DNA of 64,000 nucleotides from an uncultured Prevotellaceae bacterium (GCA_900319235.1 ONNR01000001.1:148035-212034), one strand, 5' to 3'; counted from the first letter of the stretch, positions 48,817-59,558 are shown. Numbers and translations are program-made. The notes: generated by a model not told the origin, from the letters alone.

Positions 48817-48946
48817 CAAAGATAACGTTTTTTTTGCAATTTTCCAAATTTCGAGCTATAAATTCCGTTTATTTGCAAAAAAATCAAGTCGATGCTTTAT
48901 TTTTCCTCCTTTTTTTTGGAGATTACAAAGATTTTATCTATTTTTG
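48817..48946. promoter_or_regulatory. Divergent -7 promoter elements
   Basis: TATCTTTG on minus (48824-48817) for parE; TATTTTTG on plus (48939-48946). Confidence 0.65.
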
Positions 48947-48981
48947 CACCGACATTATTAACCCTTAAAATTATATTTACT

Positions 48982-49269
48982 ATGGCTACAGGCATTGAGC
49001 AACTTGTTAAGTTATTACAGAACAATCCCGACATTGCAAAGATGTTGGTTTCATCGGTAGACATTGATACCATCTTCAATCTTGTCAAAAGCAAGGGCGT
49101 GGACATCGCCAAGAACGAACTTCAGGAATACATCCGCCAAAATGGTAAACTCGGCGATGTAGCCAATGCTGTCCTCAAGAGTGGTGCTGCTGGTGATATC
49201 GCCAATTCTGTGCTGAAGAGTGGTGCTGCAGGCAGCATTCTGAATGGCATCCTTGGTGGCAAAAAGTAA
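48982..49269 (+). CDS. Small hypothetical protein with 13-aa C-terminal repeats
   Basis: Own promoter and downstream hairpin; GDVANAVLKSGAA / GDIANSVLKSGAA / GSILNGILGG. Confidence 0.8.
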   Translation: MATGIEQLVKLLQNNPDIAKMLVSSVDIDTIFNLVKSKGVDIAKNELQEYIRQNGKLGDVANAVLKSGAAGDIANSVLKSGAAGSILNGILGGKK

Positions 49270-49322
49270 AACTCCCGATATCTTCCGTTAACTCCCGTTG
49301 ATCATTAACAACTTTTTCTGTG

Positions 49323-49352
49323 GAAGCACTCTTGCTCGTGTGAGAGTGCTTC
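49323..49352 (+). terminator. Hairpin after the small gene
   Basis: gaagcactct...agagtgcttc. Confidence 0.55.
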
Positions 49353-49382
49353 TCGAATTTATTATCTTTCTAAATACCTATT

Positions 49383-51281
49383 ATGGAAAACCGTTTATTG
49401 AAAGTATTGTGCATCGTAACGCTCTTCGTCGCTATGTGCACGTCTGCTATAGCTGGCAAGTACAAGAACTTCAAAGTTTCGACCTACATACGTGCACAAG
49501 ATGTAGCGCGTATGGCTGATGATGCATTCCTCAACGCAACCTGGGAGACAGTGAGCTCGCAAGTAGATCTTGACAAGATTTATCTCGAGACGCATCGCGA
49601 TGCTTTCACCGTCGATGAGAAGACGATGAAGAAGGTGAAGAAATTCTTCCTCTCAAAAGGCCTTGAGGTGGGTGGTGGCATCACTTACACTCGTTCGGAA
49701 CCAACCGACTTCGAAACCTATAGTTATGCGCGACCTGTCGAACGTCAGCAGGTGCGTGAAGTAGCTGAATATACAGCACGACTCTTCGATGATTTCATCC
49801 TTGACGACTTCTTTTTCATCGACTTAAAAAATGATGATGAGATAGCTGCCAAAGGTACAATGAGTTGGACCGAATATCGCTTGCGCTTAATGGCCGATGC
49901 AGGTCGTGAACTCGTCGACGAACCCGCCAAGGCAGTCAACCCGAATGTGAAAGTTATCATCAAATATCCAAACTGGTACGATCACTTCCATGGACTTGGC
50001 TTTAATCTTGAAGAAGAGCCGCTTTATTTTGATGGACTTTGGACAGGAACGGAGACGCGAGATCCTGCCTCTGCTCAACATTTACAGAACTATTTAAGCT
50101 ATAATGTAGTCCGATATTTCGACAATATAGCACCGGGTAAAAATGGTGGTGGTTGGGTTGATGCAGGTGGTATAAATATGAGTATGGACCGCTATGCAGA
50201 ACAACTTCATTTAACTATGTTGTCGAAGACTCCGGAGATTATACTTTGGAACTATATGCAGCTGAACGATGTGAAGATTATGCCTGAGATGATGCGTAAA
50301 CCTTGGCAGGATTTAGGTGGCAACAGTTTCCGATACGACGAAATGGTGGCGCCTTTCAAGAAAGACAATAAGACAATTACGCCTACCACGATGGCACGTT
50401 TTGCTAGTGTGGCACTTCGCGAAACCGATATACTTATAGGCAAACTTGGCAATCCCGTAGGTCTTGTGTCGTATAAACCATATCATTCATCTGGTGAGGA
50501 TTTTTTGCAGAATTACCTTGGTATGATTGGATTGCCTATGGATATGTATCCTCACTGGGTAAATGGCCGCAAGCAGATATTACTTACTGAACAGGCTGCA
50601 AATGATCCCGAGATAGTCGAGAAGATGAAAGAGCAGTTATGCAAAGGTGGAGATGTTATCATTACAACTGGACTTCTGAAGGCTATTCGCGAAAAGTTAG
50701 CAGATATTTGTGAACTATATTGTGGTGACCTGAAAGCCATTGTCAACGATTTCGGCTGGGCAGGCAAATCTGATCGTGAATTTATCATTCCCCAAGTAAA
50801 GTATTTTACCAACGATGCTTGGGAAGTTATTAGTGCTGGTCGTCCACTGACCGGTGGCGTGTCGGGTTATCCCATTCTTTTACGTGACACCTACTCGAAG
50901 GGTACCCTCTTTGTGCTCACCATCCCTGATGACTTTGGCAATCTCTATGACTATCCAGCACCGGCTCTTAATGTCATTCGTCGTGCCTTGAGCAAAGATA
51001 TTGGGGCTTATATTGTAGGTCCTGCCAAGGTCGCTTTATTTCCTTATGATAATAGGACACTCGTTGTTGAAAATTTCAATGACGAGGTTGTTACACTGAA
51101 CGTTGTCATTAACGAAAAGGTCAGCTCCCTTCGTAATCTACTTACAGATGAGAACTATAATCCGAAAGAACAACCACCCGTTCCAAGGTGGGGGCGCAAC
51201 CGTTTTATCGGATATGCCGAAGATGCTTCAATTTTCGAGATCAAACTTCCTGCTCATAGTTATATAGGTTTAGCATACTGA
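49383..51281 (+). CDS. Secreted protein of unknown function, possible glycoside hydrolase
   Basis: Signal peptide, soluble alpha/beta pattern, ILDDFFF and GTETRD motifs, first gene of a GH cluster. Confidence 0.75.
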   Translation: MENRLLKVLCIVTLFVAMCTSAIAGKYKNFKVSTYIRAQDVARMADDAFLNATWETVSSQVDLDKIYLETHRDAFTVDEKTMKKVKKFFLSKGLEVGGGITYTRSEPTDFETYSYARPVERQQVREVAEYTARLFDDFILDDFFFIDLKNDDEIAAKGTMSWTEYRLRLMADAGRELVDEPAKAVNPNVKVIIKYPNWYDHFHGLGFNLEEEPLYFDGLWTGTETRDPASAQHLQNYLSYNVVRYFDNIAPGKNGGGWVDAGGINMSMDRYAEQLHLTMLSKTPEIILWNYMQLNDVKIMPEMMRKPWQDLGGNSFRYDEMVAPFKKDNKTITPTTMARFASVALRETDILIGKLGNPVGLVSYKPYHSSGEDFLQNYLGMIGLPMDMYPHWVNGRKQILLTEQAANDPEIVEKMKEQLCKGGDVIITTGLLKAIREKLADICELYCGDLKAIVNDFGWAGKSDREFIIPQVKYFTNDAWEVISAGRPLTGGVSGYPILLRDTYSKGTLFVLTIPDDFGNLYDYPAPALNVIRRALSKDIGAYIVGPAKVALFPYDNRTLVVENFNDEVVTLNVVINEKVSSLRNLLTDENYNPKEQPPVPRWGRNRFIGYAEDASIFEIKLPAHSYIGLAY

Positions 51282-51331
51282 GTCTATCCCTTTAACTCTT
51301 TCTTGTATCTCGAATTATCGAATTATAGACT

Positions 51332-53077
51332 ATGCTTAAATCCCTAATAACCTTCGTAACCCTGCTACTCCCTTTTGCTGTTCATTCGCAGACCATTACT
51401 GGAGAGTACGACATACCACCTGTACCTGATTGGGCCAGGAATGCCGTCTTCTACCAGATTTATCCACAGACTTTCTGTGACTCCGACGGTGATGGTATAG
51501 GCGACTTGCAGGGCATTATAAGCAAGCTCGACTATGTGAAGAGCCTCGGTGTCGATGCCATTTGGTTCAATCCTTTCTTTGATTCACCCTTCCATGATGC
51601 TGGTTATGACATTCGTGACTATTATAAGATTGCACCACGTTACGGCACCAATGAGGATGCACGACAACTCTTTGAAGAAGCTCATAAGCGTGGTATGCAC
51701 GTCATCTTCGATTACGTAATCAGCTATACGGCCATCGATCATCCTTGGTTTGTGGCATCGCAAAAACAAGAGAAGAACAAGTACTCCAACTATTATATAT
51801 GGACCGAAACCAACTGGGTAGATCCTCCGAGAGAGTTTGCAGGACAATTCATCAAAGGTTATGGCGAACGAAATGGTCAGTTTATGCGTAACTTCTATTG
51901 GTGTCAGCCTGCGCTCAACTTCGGCTTTGCAAATCCCGATCCTGAGCAGAAGTGGCAGTTGCCTACCGACCATCCTGATGTGGTAGCTATGCGCGAAGAT
52001 TTGAAGAATGTATTGCGCTTCTGGATGGATATGGGTGCAGATGGTTTCCGAGCCGATATGGCTGGAGCATTGGTCAAGACGCGACGGATGAGGGGCAACG
52101 AGCAGTTCTTCAATACCAACGAGAACGCAACGAAACTATTTTGGCGTGAGATTCGTCAGCTGCTCGAAAAGGAATATCCGGATGGTTTTATGGTTGCTGA
52201 GTGGTCTTATCCTGCTGATGCCCTCGACAACTGTTTCCATGTTGATTTCTTCCATTGGTTTAATGGTTATAACGACCTGTTTCAGAAGGAGAGTTGGCGC
52301 ATACTCAATGGTGTAAGTGAAGGCCATAGCTATTTTGATGCTGAGGGCAAGGGCGACATCAAGGCATTCCTTGCAAGCTATATGGATCAATACACCAAGA
52401 CCGTCGGTAAAGGTTACATCAGTTTGCCGATGGGCAATCATGACAATGCGCGCCTTGGTAATCATCGTACCGACAAGGAGCTGGAAATCATATATGCATT
52501 TGGCTTTACCATGCCTGGTGTTCCTTTCCTATATTATGGTAATGAGATTGGTATGCGCCAATTGCCAAATGACTGGCCTCAGGTAGAAGGTGCCTACCAG
52601 CCACGCAATGGTGCCCGTACACCAATGCAATGGAGCAGCGGCAAGAATCTCGGGTTCTCTTCATGTGAAGCCGAAGCACTCTATTTGCCCGTTGATCCAT
52701 CACCTGATGCTCCCAATGTCGAAGATCAGCAGAATAATCCAAATTCACTGCTAAATCGCACTCGCCGTCTCATAGCTCTTCATCATAGTGAGCCTGCACT
52801 TGCCAACTACGCCGAGTTCGTACCCCTCTATCCTGGTCCAAGTGATGCGTCGCCCTATCCCTTCGTCTATGCACGCGCCGCAGATAAAGACGTGGTTCTT
52901 GTGATGCTTAATCCGCGTGCTGAAGCTTCCGACGCTACCTTCAAGGTCAACACGAAGTTTCGTCGCACAACACTTCTCGCTGGGGACAAGTTCCCTTTAA
53001 CTCATAACAAGAAAACTGGCGATGTGACTATACACATGCCCGGAACCTCATATGCAATTATTAAACTTAAATATTAG
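51332..53077 (+). CDS. GH13 alpha-amylase-family glycosidase
   Basis: FYQIYP, DGIGDL, GFRADMA, VAEW, GNHD, ARTPMQW. Confidence 0.94.
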   Translation: MLKSLITFVTLLLPFAVHSQTITGEYDIPPVPDWARNAVFYQIYPQTFCDSDGDGIGDLQGIISKLDYVKSLGVDAIWFNPFFDSPFHDAGYDIRDYYKIAPRYGTNEDARQLFEEAHKRGMHVIFDYVISYTAIDHPWFVASQKQEKNKYSNYYIWTETNWVDPPREFAGQFIKGYGERNGQFMRNFYWCQPALNFGFANPDPEQKWQLPTDHPDVVAMREDLKNVLRFWMDMGADGFRADMAGALVKTRRMRGNEQFFNTNENATKLFWREIRQLLEKEYPDGFMVAEWSYPADALDNCFHVDFFHWFNGYNDLFQKESWRILNGVSEGHSYFDAEGKGDIKAFLASYMDQYTKTVGKGYISLPMGNHDNARLGNHRTDKELEIIYAFGFTMPGVPFLYYGNEIGMRQLPNDWPQVEGAYQPRNGARTPMQWSSGKNLGFSSCEAEALYLPVDPSPDAPNVEDQQNNPNSLLNRTRRLIALHHSEPALANYAEFVPLYPGPSDASPYPFVYARAADKDVVLVMLNPRAEASDATFKVNTKFRRTTLLAGDKFPLTHNKKTGDVTIHMPGTSYAIIKLKY

Positions 53078-53083
53078 TATATT

Positions 53084-54217
53084 ATGAAAAAATGTATTTC
53101 CTTGGCACTGGTTGCCATGTCAATGCTGGCGATAACAGCATGCACAAACAAAAACGAGACAAACAATGGAGTAAATGATTTTAAGATTCATCGTGGTACG
53201 AATGTGAGTCATTGGCTTTCTCAAAGCGAAGAACGTGGTGAAGCTCGTCGTCTGCATATTCAGGAGGATGACTTTGCTCGACTGGATTCGTTAGGCTTCG
53301 ACTTTGTACGTTTACCAATCGATGAGGTTCAGTTCTGGGACGAGGATGGGAATAAGCTTCCTGAGGCATGGGAACTGATGACTAATGCCATCAATTGGGC
53401 AGAGAAACATCATTTGCGTACAATCGTCGATCTACACATCATTCGTTCGCACTATTTCAATGCCGTGAACGAAGGAGGTGAATCCGCTAATACACTGTTT
53501 ACATCTGAGGAAGCGCAACAAGGTCTCATCAATATGTGTTACCAGCTCTCTGATGTGCTTAAAGGCTATAGCAACGATTCGGTTGCCTACGAATTTATGA
53601 ATGAACCTGTAGCAGAAGATCACGAACAGTGGAACGCTCTGATTGCCAAGGTTCATAAAGCACTTCGTGAACGTGAACCTCAGCGTACTCTGGTTATCGG
53701 CAGCAATCGTTGGCAGGGTTACGAAACGATGAAGTACCTTAAAGTTCCTGAGGGAGACAAGAATATTGTTCTGTCGTTCCATTATTATAACCCTATGATT
53801 CTTACCCACCGTGGAGCATGGTGGACACCTATCGGCCAATATACAGGCAAGATTGCATATCCTGGTATTATGGTTTCGAAGGAAGATTACGATGCAGCTC
53901 CCGAAGATTTGAAACCCCATCTTGAACCTTATCTCACACAGGAATGGAATATTGACAAGATTCGTGCTGACTTTGCTGATGCTATTGCTGCTGCCAAGAA
54001 ATATGACCTTCAGTTGTTCTGTGGCGAATGGGGCGTATATGAACCTGTAGAACGCGATTTGGCCTACGCATGGACAAAAGACATGATGCAGGTTTTCACA
54101 GAAAACAATATTGCCTGGACCACTTGGTGCTATGATGCCGACTTTGGCTTCTGGGATCAGAAATCTCACTCTTTCAAAGATCAGGGACTTGTCGATATCT
54201 TGATGGCAAATTATTAA
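53084..54217 (+). CDS. GH5 glycoside hydrolase, lipoprotein
   Basis: FVRLPID, IVDLH, EFMNEP acid/base, FHYY, CGEWG nucleophile; lipobox ITAC. Confidence 0.94.
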   Translation: MKKCISLALVAMSMLAITACTNKNETNNGVNDFKIHRGTNVSHWLSQSEERGEARRLHIQEDDFARLDSLGFDFVRLPIDEVQFWDEDGNKLPEAWELMTNAINWAEKHHLRTIVDLHIIRSHYFNAVNEGGESANTLFTSEEAQQGLINMCYQLSDVLKGYSNDSVAYEFMNEPVAEDHEQWNALIAKVHKALREREPQRTLVIGSNRWQGYETMKYLKVPEGDKNIVLSFHYYNPMILTHRGAWWTPIGQYTGKIAYPGIMVSKEDYDAAPEDLKPHLEPYLTQEWNIDKIRADFADAIAAAKKYDLQLFCGEWGVYEPVERDLAYAWTKDMMQVFTENNIAWTTWCYDADFGFWDQKSHSFKDQGLVDILMANY

Positions 54218-54229
54218 GTACTTTATCTT

Positions 54230-54309
54230 TTATCACGAATTAGCGAATTATAATTTAATAGCTTCTATTTAAGTCTTTATCTATTAATTGTTTCGTTAAT
54301 TCGTGATAA
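54230..54309. repeat. 18-bp inverted repeat around an AT-rich spacer
   Basis: ttatcacgaattagcgaa / ttcgttaattcgtgataa, one mismatch. Confidence 0.75.
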
Positions 54310-54331
54310 TGTCTTCATAACCCCTTTATCC

Positions 54332-56836
54332 ATGCGTCTTTTTCTTATTCCTTCGCTCTTAACATTTGTCCTGTCACTTTCTGCCCAAACCTTTCATCTT
54401 AATGACGAAGGCTATTTCACGGCAGGAGGTACTGACGTGATGGCATTCAGTGACTTTTATCCAGAAGGTCATCAGGGTGGTGTATGCGTCATCATGAATG
54501 GACATCGAATAGCCACCAATGGTGATATTCGTTTAGAGGCTACTCCTGGACAGTGGCAGCCCGTGCCTAAGCAACTCAACCGAAAGGTTGAAGATGGACG
54601 TATCATTACCACTCTCTGCTATCCTGACTCCTCACGTCATTTGACAGGTTTCAATCCGATGCTCTATCCTGAATGGAACGTAACTTACACCGTTACGATA
54701 GAACCTCTGGACAAGGGTATTCTTGTCAGCGTCGATCTCGATAATCCTGTGCCAGATTACTTATTAGGTAAGGTGGGCTTTAACTTGGAGTTTTTCCCAG
54801 GACAGCTCTTTGGTAAACCTTGGTTGATGGATCAGCAGTCGGGTATCTATCCACAACAACCTAACGCTCCGCTCCTCCAACTGCCCACTAATCGTGGTCA
54901 TGAAGGAGATTACTTTGCAGGTCGTGGACAGAAAGCCGATCCTGCCCAACTCGATGGTAAGGGCTATAGCCCCCTTCGTGCTGACGATATCATCGCTCAG
55001 CCTTATGCTGTGGGCAGAAAGTTCACGTCGCGTCCTGACTGCGTTGCCCAGAAACTTACTATTGAGTCTTTCACTGGTGACTTGAAACTCTTCGACGGAC
55101 GTATGAACCACAACAATGGTTGGTTTGTGCTGCGCAGCGAAATTGCCCAAGGTGTAACTCATGGAGCAGTACGTTGGCTTATCACTCCGTCTGTCGATCA
55201 GCAATGGCTTTACGAACCCGTAATCCAAACCTCGCAAATAGGTTATTTGCCCTATCAACCTAAGCGTGCAATCATTGAGACCGACCGTCGCTCAACTACT
55301 GTCGAAGAAGCTCAACTTGTTCGCATCGACGCAGATGGTGAAAGCGTAGTTTATTCTGCCAAACCCTCCATTTGGGGGCAGTTCCTGCGCTATCGTTATC
55401 TCATTGCAGATTTCAGCGATATCACCGAGTCTGGTCTTTACCAGGTACGATATGGGGCCTCATGTTCGAGTGTCTTCCGTATTGACGAAAACGTCTATGA
55501 ACGTGGCGTTTGGCAACCAGTGGTCGAATATTTCCTGCCTGTACAGATGTGTCATATGCGCGTTGCTGAGAAGTATCGTGTACGGCACGATGCTTGCCAC
55601 CTCGACGATGCCTTGATGGCGCCTGTCGGTAATCACATTGATGGTTATGACCAACGTCCCGGCCTCTCCAAATATAAAGCAGGTGAAATCGTTCCTGGTG
55701 TTAATGTCGGTGGTTGGCACGATGCAGGAGATTTTGACCTCCGTGTTGAATCTCAAGCAGGTGAAGCTTACATCCTTGCGTTGGCTTATGAGCATTTCCA
55801 TCCCGATATTGATGTAACTGCTATTGACCAGCAAAACCATCGTGTTGAAATTCACGAACCAGACGGTAAGAATGACATTCTTCAGCAAGTTGAGAATGGT
55901 GCTCTCACCGTTGTTCGTTCGTATCAGGCTTTAGGTCGGCTTTATCGAGGCATTATCTGTAACTCGCTTCGTCAATATGCTATGCTTGGTGATGCAGCTG
56001 CCATGACTGACGGCATTTTAGGTAATGCCGATGATCGTTGGATATTCACGGAAGACAATCCAATGCGTGCTATTTCGACTGCTGCTCAGTTAGCTGGCAC
56101 TGCACGTGTGCTACGTGGCTTCAACGATGCTTTAAGCCAGGAGTGTCTTGACGTTGCCACGATTCTCTATAATCAAAGTACTCTGGAAGGACGTATGGAA
56201 GTTTTGAAGCTACAAGCGGCGGTAGAGCTTTACCTGACTACAGGCGAACCAACCTATCTCGATTTCATTCTTGAACATCAGGAACAGATTGTCAGCAATA
56301 TAACACGCTGTGGATGGTTTACTGCACGTATTGCCAAAAAGCTTGAAATAAATAAAGATAAACGTTCAAAATCTTTCGTGAAAGCATTCCGTTCTGCACT
56401 CGCTGAAAATAAGGTTCAGATAGACAAATTAGCGGCAGAGACTCCTTATGGTGTACCTTATCGTCCAAGCATCTGGGGAGCTGGGTGGGACATTCAGCGC
56501 TTTGGATTCGAGTATTACTTCCTTTCAGAAGCTTATCCTGACATCTTCTCCAAGGAGACACTTTATAATGCTCTGAATTTTATCCTTGGTTGTCATCCTG
56601 GAAGTAATAATGCTTCTTTTGCTTCGGGAGTCGGAGCTCGCTCGGCGACAGTTGCTTATGGTCTTAATCGTGCCGACTGGAGTTATATCCCTGGTGGCGT
56701 TGTCTCGGGAACTGCACTTATTCGTCCCGACTTCCCTGAACTCCTTGAATTCCCATTCCTCTGGCAGCAAGTCGAATATGTGCTTGGTGGTGGATCGTCC
56801 CATTATATGTTCCTTGTATTAGCGGCAAATAAATGA
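54332..56836 (+). CDS. GH9 glycoside hydrolase with N-terminal accessory domains
   Basis: SQIGY-x-P-x-x-x-K Ig-like domain, GGWHDAGD, LGCHP, C-terminal QVEY. Confidence 0.88.
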   Translation: MRLFLIPSLLTFVLSLSAQTFHLNDEGYFTAGGTDVMAFSDFYPEGHQGGVCVIMNGHRIATNGDIRLEATPGQWQPVPKQLNRKVEDGRIITTLCYPDSSRHLTGFNPMLYPEWNVTYTVTIEPLDKGILVSVDLDNPVPDYLLGKVGFNLEFFPGQLFGKPWLMDQQSGIYPQQPNAPLLQLPTNRGHEGDYFAGRGQKADPAQLDGKGYSPLRADDIIAQPYAVGRKFTSRPDCVAQKLTIESFTGDLKLFDGRMNHNNGWFVLRSEIAQGVTHGAVRWLITPSVDQQWLYEPVIQTSQIGYLPYQPKRAIIETDRRSTTVEEAQLVRIDADGESVVYSAKPSIWGQFLRYRYLIADFSDITESGLYQVRYGASCSSVFRIDENVYERGVWQPVVEYFLPVQMCHMRVAEKYRVRHDACHLDDALMAPVGNHIDGYDQRPGLSKYKAGEIVPGVNVGGWHDAGDFDLRVESQAGEAYILALAYEHFHPDIDVTAIDQQNHRVEIHEPDGKNDILQQVENGALTVVRSYQALGRLYRGIICNSLRQYAMLGDAAAMTDGILGNADDRWIFTEDNPMRAISTAAQLAGTARVLRGFNDALSQECLDVATILYNQSTLEGRMEVLKLQAAVELYLTTGEPTYLDFILEHQEQIVSNITRCGWFTARIAKKLEINKDKRSKSFVKAFRSALAENKVQIDKLAAETPYGVPYRPSIWGAGWDIQRFGFEYYFLSEAYPDIFSKETLYNALNFILGCHPGSNNASFASGVGARSATVAYGLNRADWSYIPGGVVSGTALIRPDFPELLEFPFLWQQVEYVLGGGSSHYMFLVLAANK

Positions 56837-56898
56837 TTATTCGTCGCATAATATCTCGAATGTTTTTTCTGAATATTAAGAACTCAAACTATAAAATT

Positions 56899-56928
56899 AC
56901 TCCCCGTTGGATTGTTCCAGCGGGGAGT
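56899..56928. terminator. Hairpin between convergent GH9 and nqrF
   Basis: actccccgttgga-ttgt-tccagcggggagt. Confidence 0.75.
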
Positions 56929-56959
56929 GTTTATTAATTAGGAATTAATACCTAAGGAA

Positions 56960-58252
56960 TTAACCACCGAAGTTATCGAAGCGGATCATATCGTCCTCTA
57001 CACCAAGAGAATGGAGGAGGTCAAGCACGGTCTTAGCCATCATCGGAGGACCGCAGAGGTAATATTCGCAATCCTCAGGTGCTTCGTGAGCCTTCAGGTA
57101 GGTGTCGCCCATCACAGGAGCTACAAAGCCTGGGGTATAGGCAATTCCAGCAGCATCGGCCTTTGGATCGGGACGGTCGAGGGCGAGATGGAAGTGGAAG
57201 TTGGGGAATTCCTTCTGGAGCTGCAGGAAGTCGTCGAGGAAAGGAATTTCCTCCAAAGCGCGAGCACCATAGAAGTAGTGCATTGGGCGCTGACGATCTT
57301 CGTCCTTTACACCGTTGCCCTTGAGCATATGCATAATCTGTGCACGGAGAGGAGCCATACCGGCACCACCACCGACCCAAATCATTTCACGGCCTGTGCC
57401 ATACTGAGGACGGAACTCACCGTAAGGACCTGACATGATAACCTTGTCACCTGGACGCAGGTTGAAGATGTAGGTCGATGCAATACCTGGGTTAACGGGC
57501 ATGAAGTTGTTGGCTCCCTTAACCTGCTGCTCACGAGGCTTGAATGGAGGTGTGGCAATACGCACGTTGAGTGTGATGATGTCGCCCTCGTCAGGATAGT
57601 TGGCCATAGAGTAAGCACGTACGGTTGGCTCTGGGTTAGAGCAGTGCAGATCGAAGAGGTGGAAGTTCTCCCAAGCTGGCAAATAGGTATCGCCGATGAG
57701 GTCGCGGTCGAAGTCCTTGTAGTCGATCTCGAATGTTGGAATCTTGATCTGTGCATAAGAACCAGGTTCGAAGTTCATGTGCTCTCCAGGAGGAAGAGCA
57801 ACCTTATACTCCTTGATGAAGGTAGCCACGTTCTTGTTGCCAATAACGGTGCATTCCCATTCCTTTACGCCGAATACATCATCGGGAACGACGATCTTGG
57901 CATTCTCCTTGATCTTCGACTGGCAAGCCAGACGATAGTTCTTCTTAATCTCCTTACGGGTGAAGAAACCTACTTCAGTGGGGAGGATGTTGCCGGCTCC
58001 GGATTCGATGATACACTTGCACTGGCCGCACTTGCCACCGCCACCACAAGCCGACGACAGGAAGATGCCGCCTTGCTGGAGGGCTGCAAGAGCTGTGGTG
58101 CCAATACCGGCTTCGATGTTCTTCTTGCCGTTGACATCAATGGTGATGTTGCCCGATGGAACAAGCTTAGCTTTTACAAAGAGCAGGAGTGCTACGAGTA
58201 CGAGTATTACAATCAAGAATACTACGATTGCATAAATGTAAGTTGTTAACAT
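56960..58252 (-). CDS. nqrF: Na+-NQR subunit F
   Basis: SACGGGGKCGQC 2Fe-2S motif, RAYSMANYP, GGGAGMAP, YLCGPP, FDNFGG. Confidence 0.97.
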   Translation of the reverse strand: MLTTYIYAIVVFLIVILVLVALLLFVKAKLVPSGNITIDVNGKKNIEAGIGTTALAALQQGGIFLSSACGGGGKCGQCKCIIESGAGNILPTEVGFFTRKEIKKNYRLACQSKIKENAKIVVPDDVFGVKEWECTVIGNKNVATFIKEYKVALPPGEHMNFEPGSYAQIKIPTFEIDYKDFDRDLIGDTYLPAWENFHLFDLHCSNPEPTVRAYSMANYPDEGDIITLNVRIATPPFKPREQQVKGANNFMPVNPGIASTYIFNLRPGDKVIMSGPYGEFRPQYGTGREMIWVGGGAGMAPLRAQIMHMLKGNGVKDEDRQRPMHYFYGARALEEIPFLDDFLQLQKEFPNFHFHLALDRPDPKADAAGIAYTPGFVAPVMGDTYLKAHEAPEDCEYYLCGPPMMAKTVLDLLHSLGVEDDMIRFDNFGG

Positions 58253-58270
58253 ATTGTAGTCTCCTTTCTT

Positions 58271-58870
58271 TTAACCAAGTTGAATACCAGAGAAGCTCAT
58301 GAATGCAATTGCCATCAGGCCGGTCACGATGAACGTGATGCCCAGACCCTTCAGAGGAGCAGGAATGTTACTGTAGGAGAGCTTCTCGCGAATAGCTGCG
58401 ATACATGCGATTGCGAATAGCCAGCCGATACCGTCGCCCAGTGCGTAGGTAATGGCGTAGCCAACGTTTTCGAATTCCTTTTGCTGCATGAACAAAGAAC
58501 CACCAAGGATGGCGCAGTTCACTGCGATAAGCGGAAGGAAGATGCCAAGCGAGCCATAGAGAGCAGGGAAGAACTTCTCGACAACCATCTCAACAATCTG
58601 AACGATAGCAGCGATGTTGGCGATAAAGATGATGAAGCTCAAGTAGCTGAGATCGACGCCCTCAACGAGTGCATCGGGTTGAAGCACATACTTGTCGAGC
58701 AAGTAGTTGATAGGAAGGGTGATGAGCAACACGAAGGTCACTGCACAGCCAAGTCCTACCGATGTGCTTACTGTCTTTGATACTGCCAGGTAAGAACACA
58801 TACCCAGGAACAGTGCAAAGATCATGTTATCGATGAAAATCGATTTGATGAATAGATTTAAATACTCCAT
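58271..58870 (-). CDS. nqrE: Na+-NQR subunit E
   Basis: [21 protein letters not shown]. Confidence 0.97.
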   Translation of the reverse strand: MEYLNLFIKSIFIDNMIFALFLGMCSYLAVSKTVSTSVGLGCAVTFVLLITLPINYLLDKYVLQPDALVEGVDLSYLSFIIFIANIAAIVQIVEMVVEKFFPALYGSLGIFLPLIAVNCAILGGSLFMQQKEFENVGYAITYALGDGIGWLFAIACIAAIREKLSYSNIPAPLKGLGITFIVTGLMAIAFMSFSGIQLG

Positions 58871-58891
58871 TTTGCAGATGTTTTAAGGGTA

Positions 58892-59524
58892 TTACTTATC
58901 CTGAAGATCGGGGTTCTTGGCACGCTGATACCAGATGATGCAGCCGAGGATAATCAGGGCAGCTGCTGGCATAGTGAAGAATCCACAATTCTGATAGCCG
59001 TCATAACCAGCTTCGTTGACGAAGCGAGCGAGAACGTCATAGCCAAAGAGTGTGCCGCTTCCGAAGAGTTCGCGAAGAGTGGCGGTGATGAAGAGGATCA
59101 GGGCATAGCCGATACCATTTCCAAGACCATCGAGGAGGGCTGGGAAGGGTTTGTTACCAAGGGCGAATGCCTCAAGACGACCCATCAGAATGCAGTTGGT
59201 GATGATCAGACCTACATATACTGAGAGGGCCTTGCTCACATCATAGACGTAGGCTTTCAGGATTTGATTGACAAGAATTACAAGTGCAGCAACTACAACC
59301 AACTGAACGATGATACGAATTCGGTTAGGAATGGTGTTGCGGAGCACAGAAATGATCACGTTGGCGAAAGCTAGCACGCATGTCAGGGAGATACCCATAA
59401 CGAGGGCAGGCTTCATCTGCGTAGTAACCGCAAGGGCTGAGCAGATACCAAGCACCTGGACAACCACAGGGTTGTTGGTCCAGAGCGGTCCGGTAAAAAC
59501 ACCGGGTTTCTTTTCGTTTGCCAT
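58892..59524 (-). CDS. nqrD: Na+-NQR subunit D
   Basis: NNPVVVQVLGICSALAVT, VGLIITNCILMGR. Confidence 0.97.
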   Translation of the reverse strand: MANEKKPGVFTGPLWTNNPVVVQVLGICSALAVTTQMKPALVMGISLTCVLAFANVIISVLRNTIPNRIRIIVQLVVVAALVILVNQILKAYVYDVSKALSVYVGLIITNCILMGRLEAFALGNKPFPALLDGLGNGIGYALILFITATLRELFGSGTLFGYDVLARFVNEAGYDGYQNCGFFTMPAAALIILGCIIWYQRAKNPDLQDK

Positions 59525-59558
59525 AACTGTTATTTCTATTAACAATTAACAATTAAAA

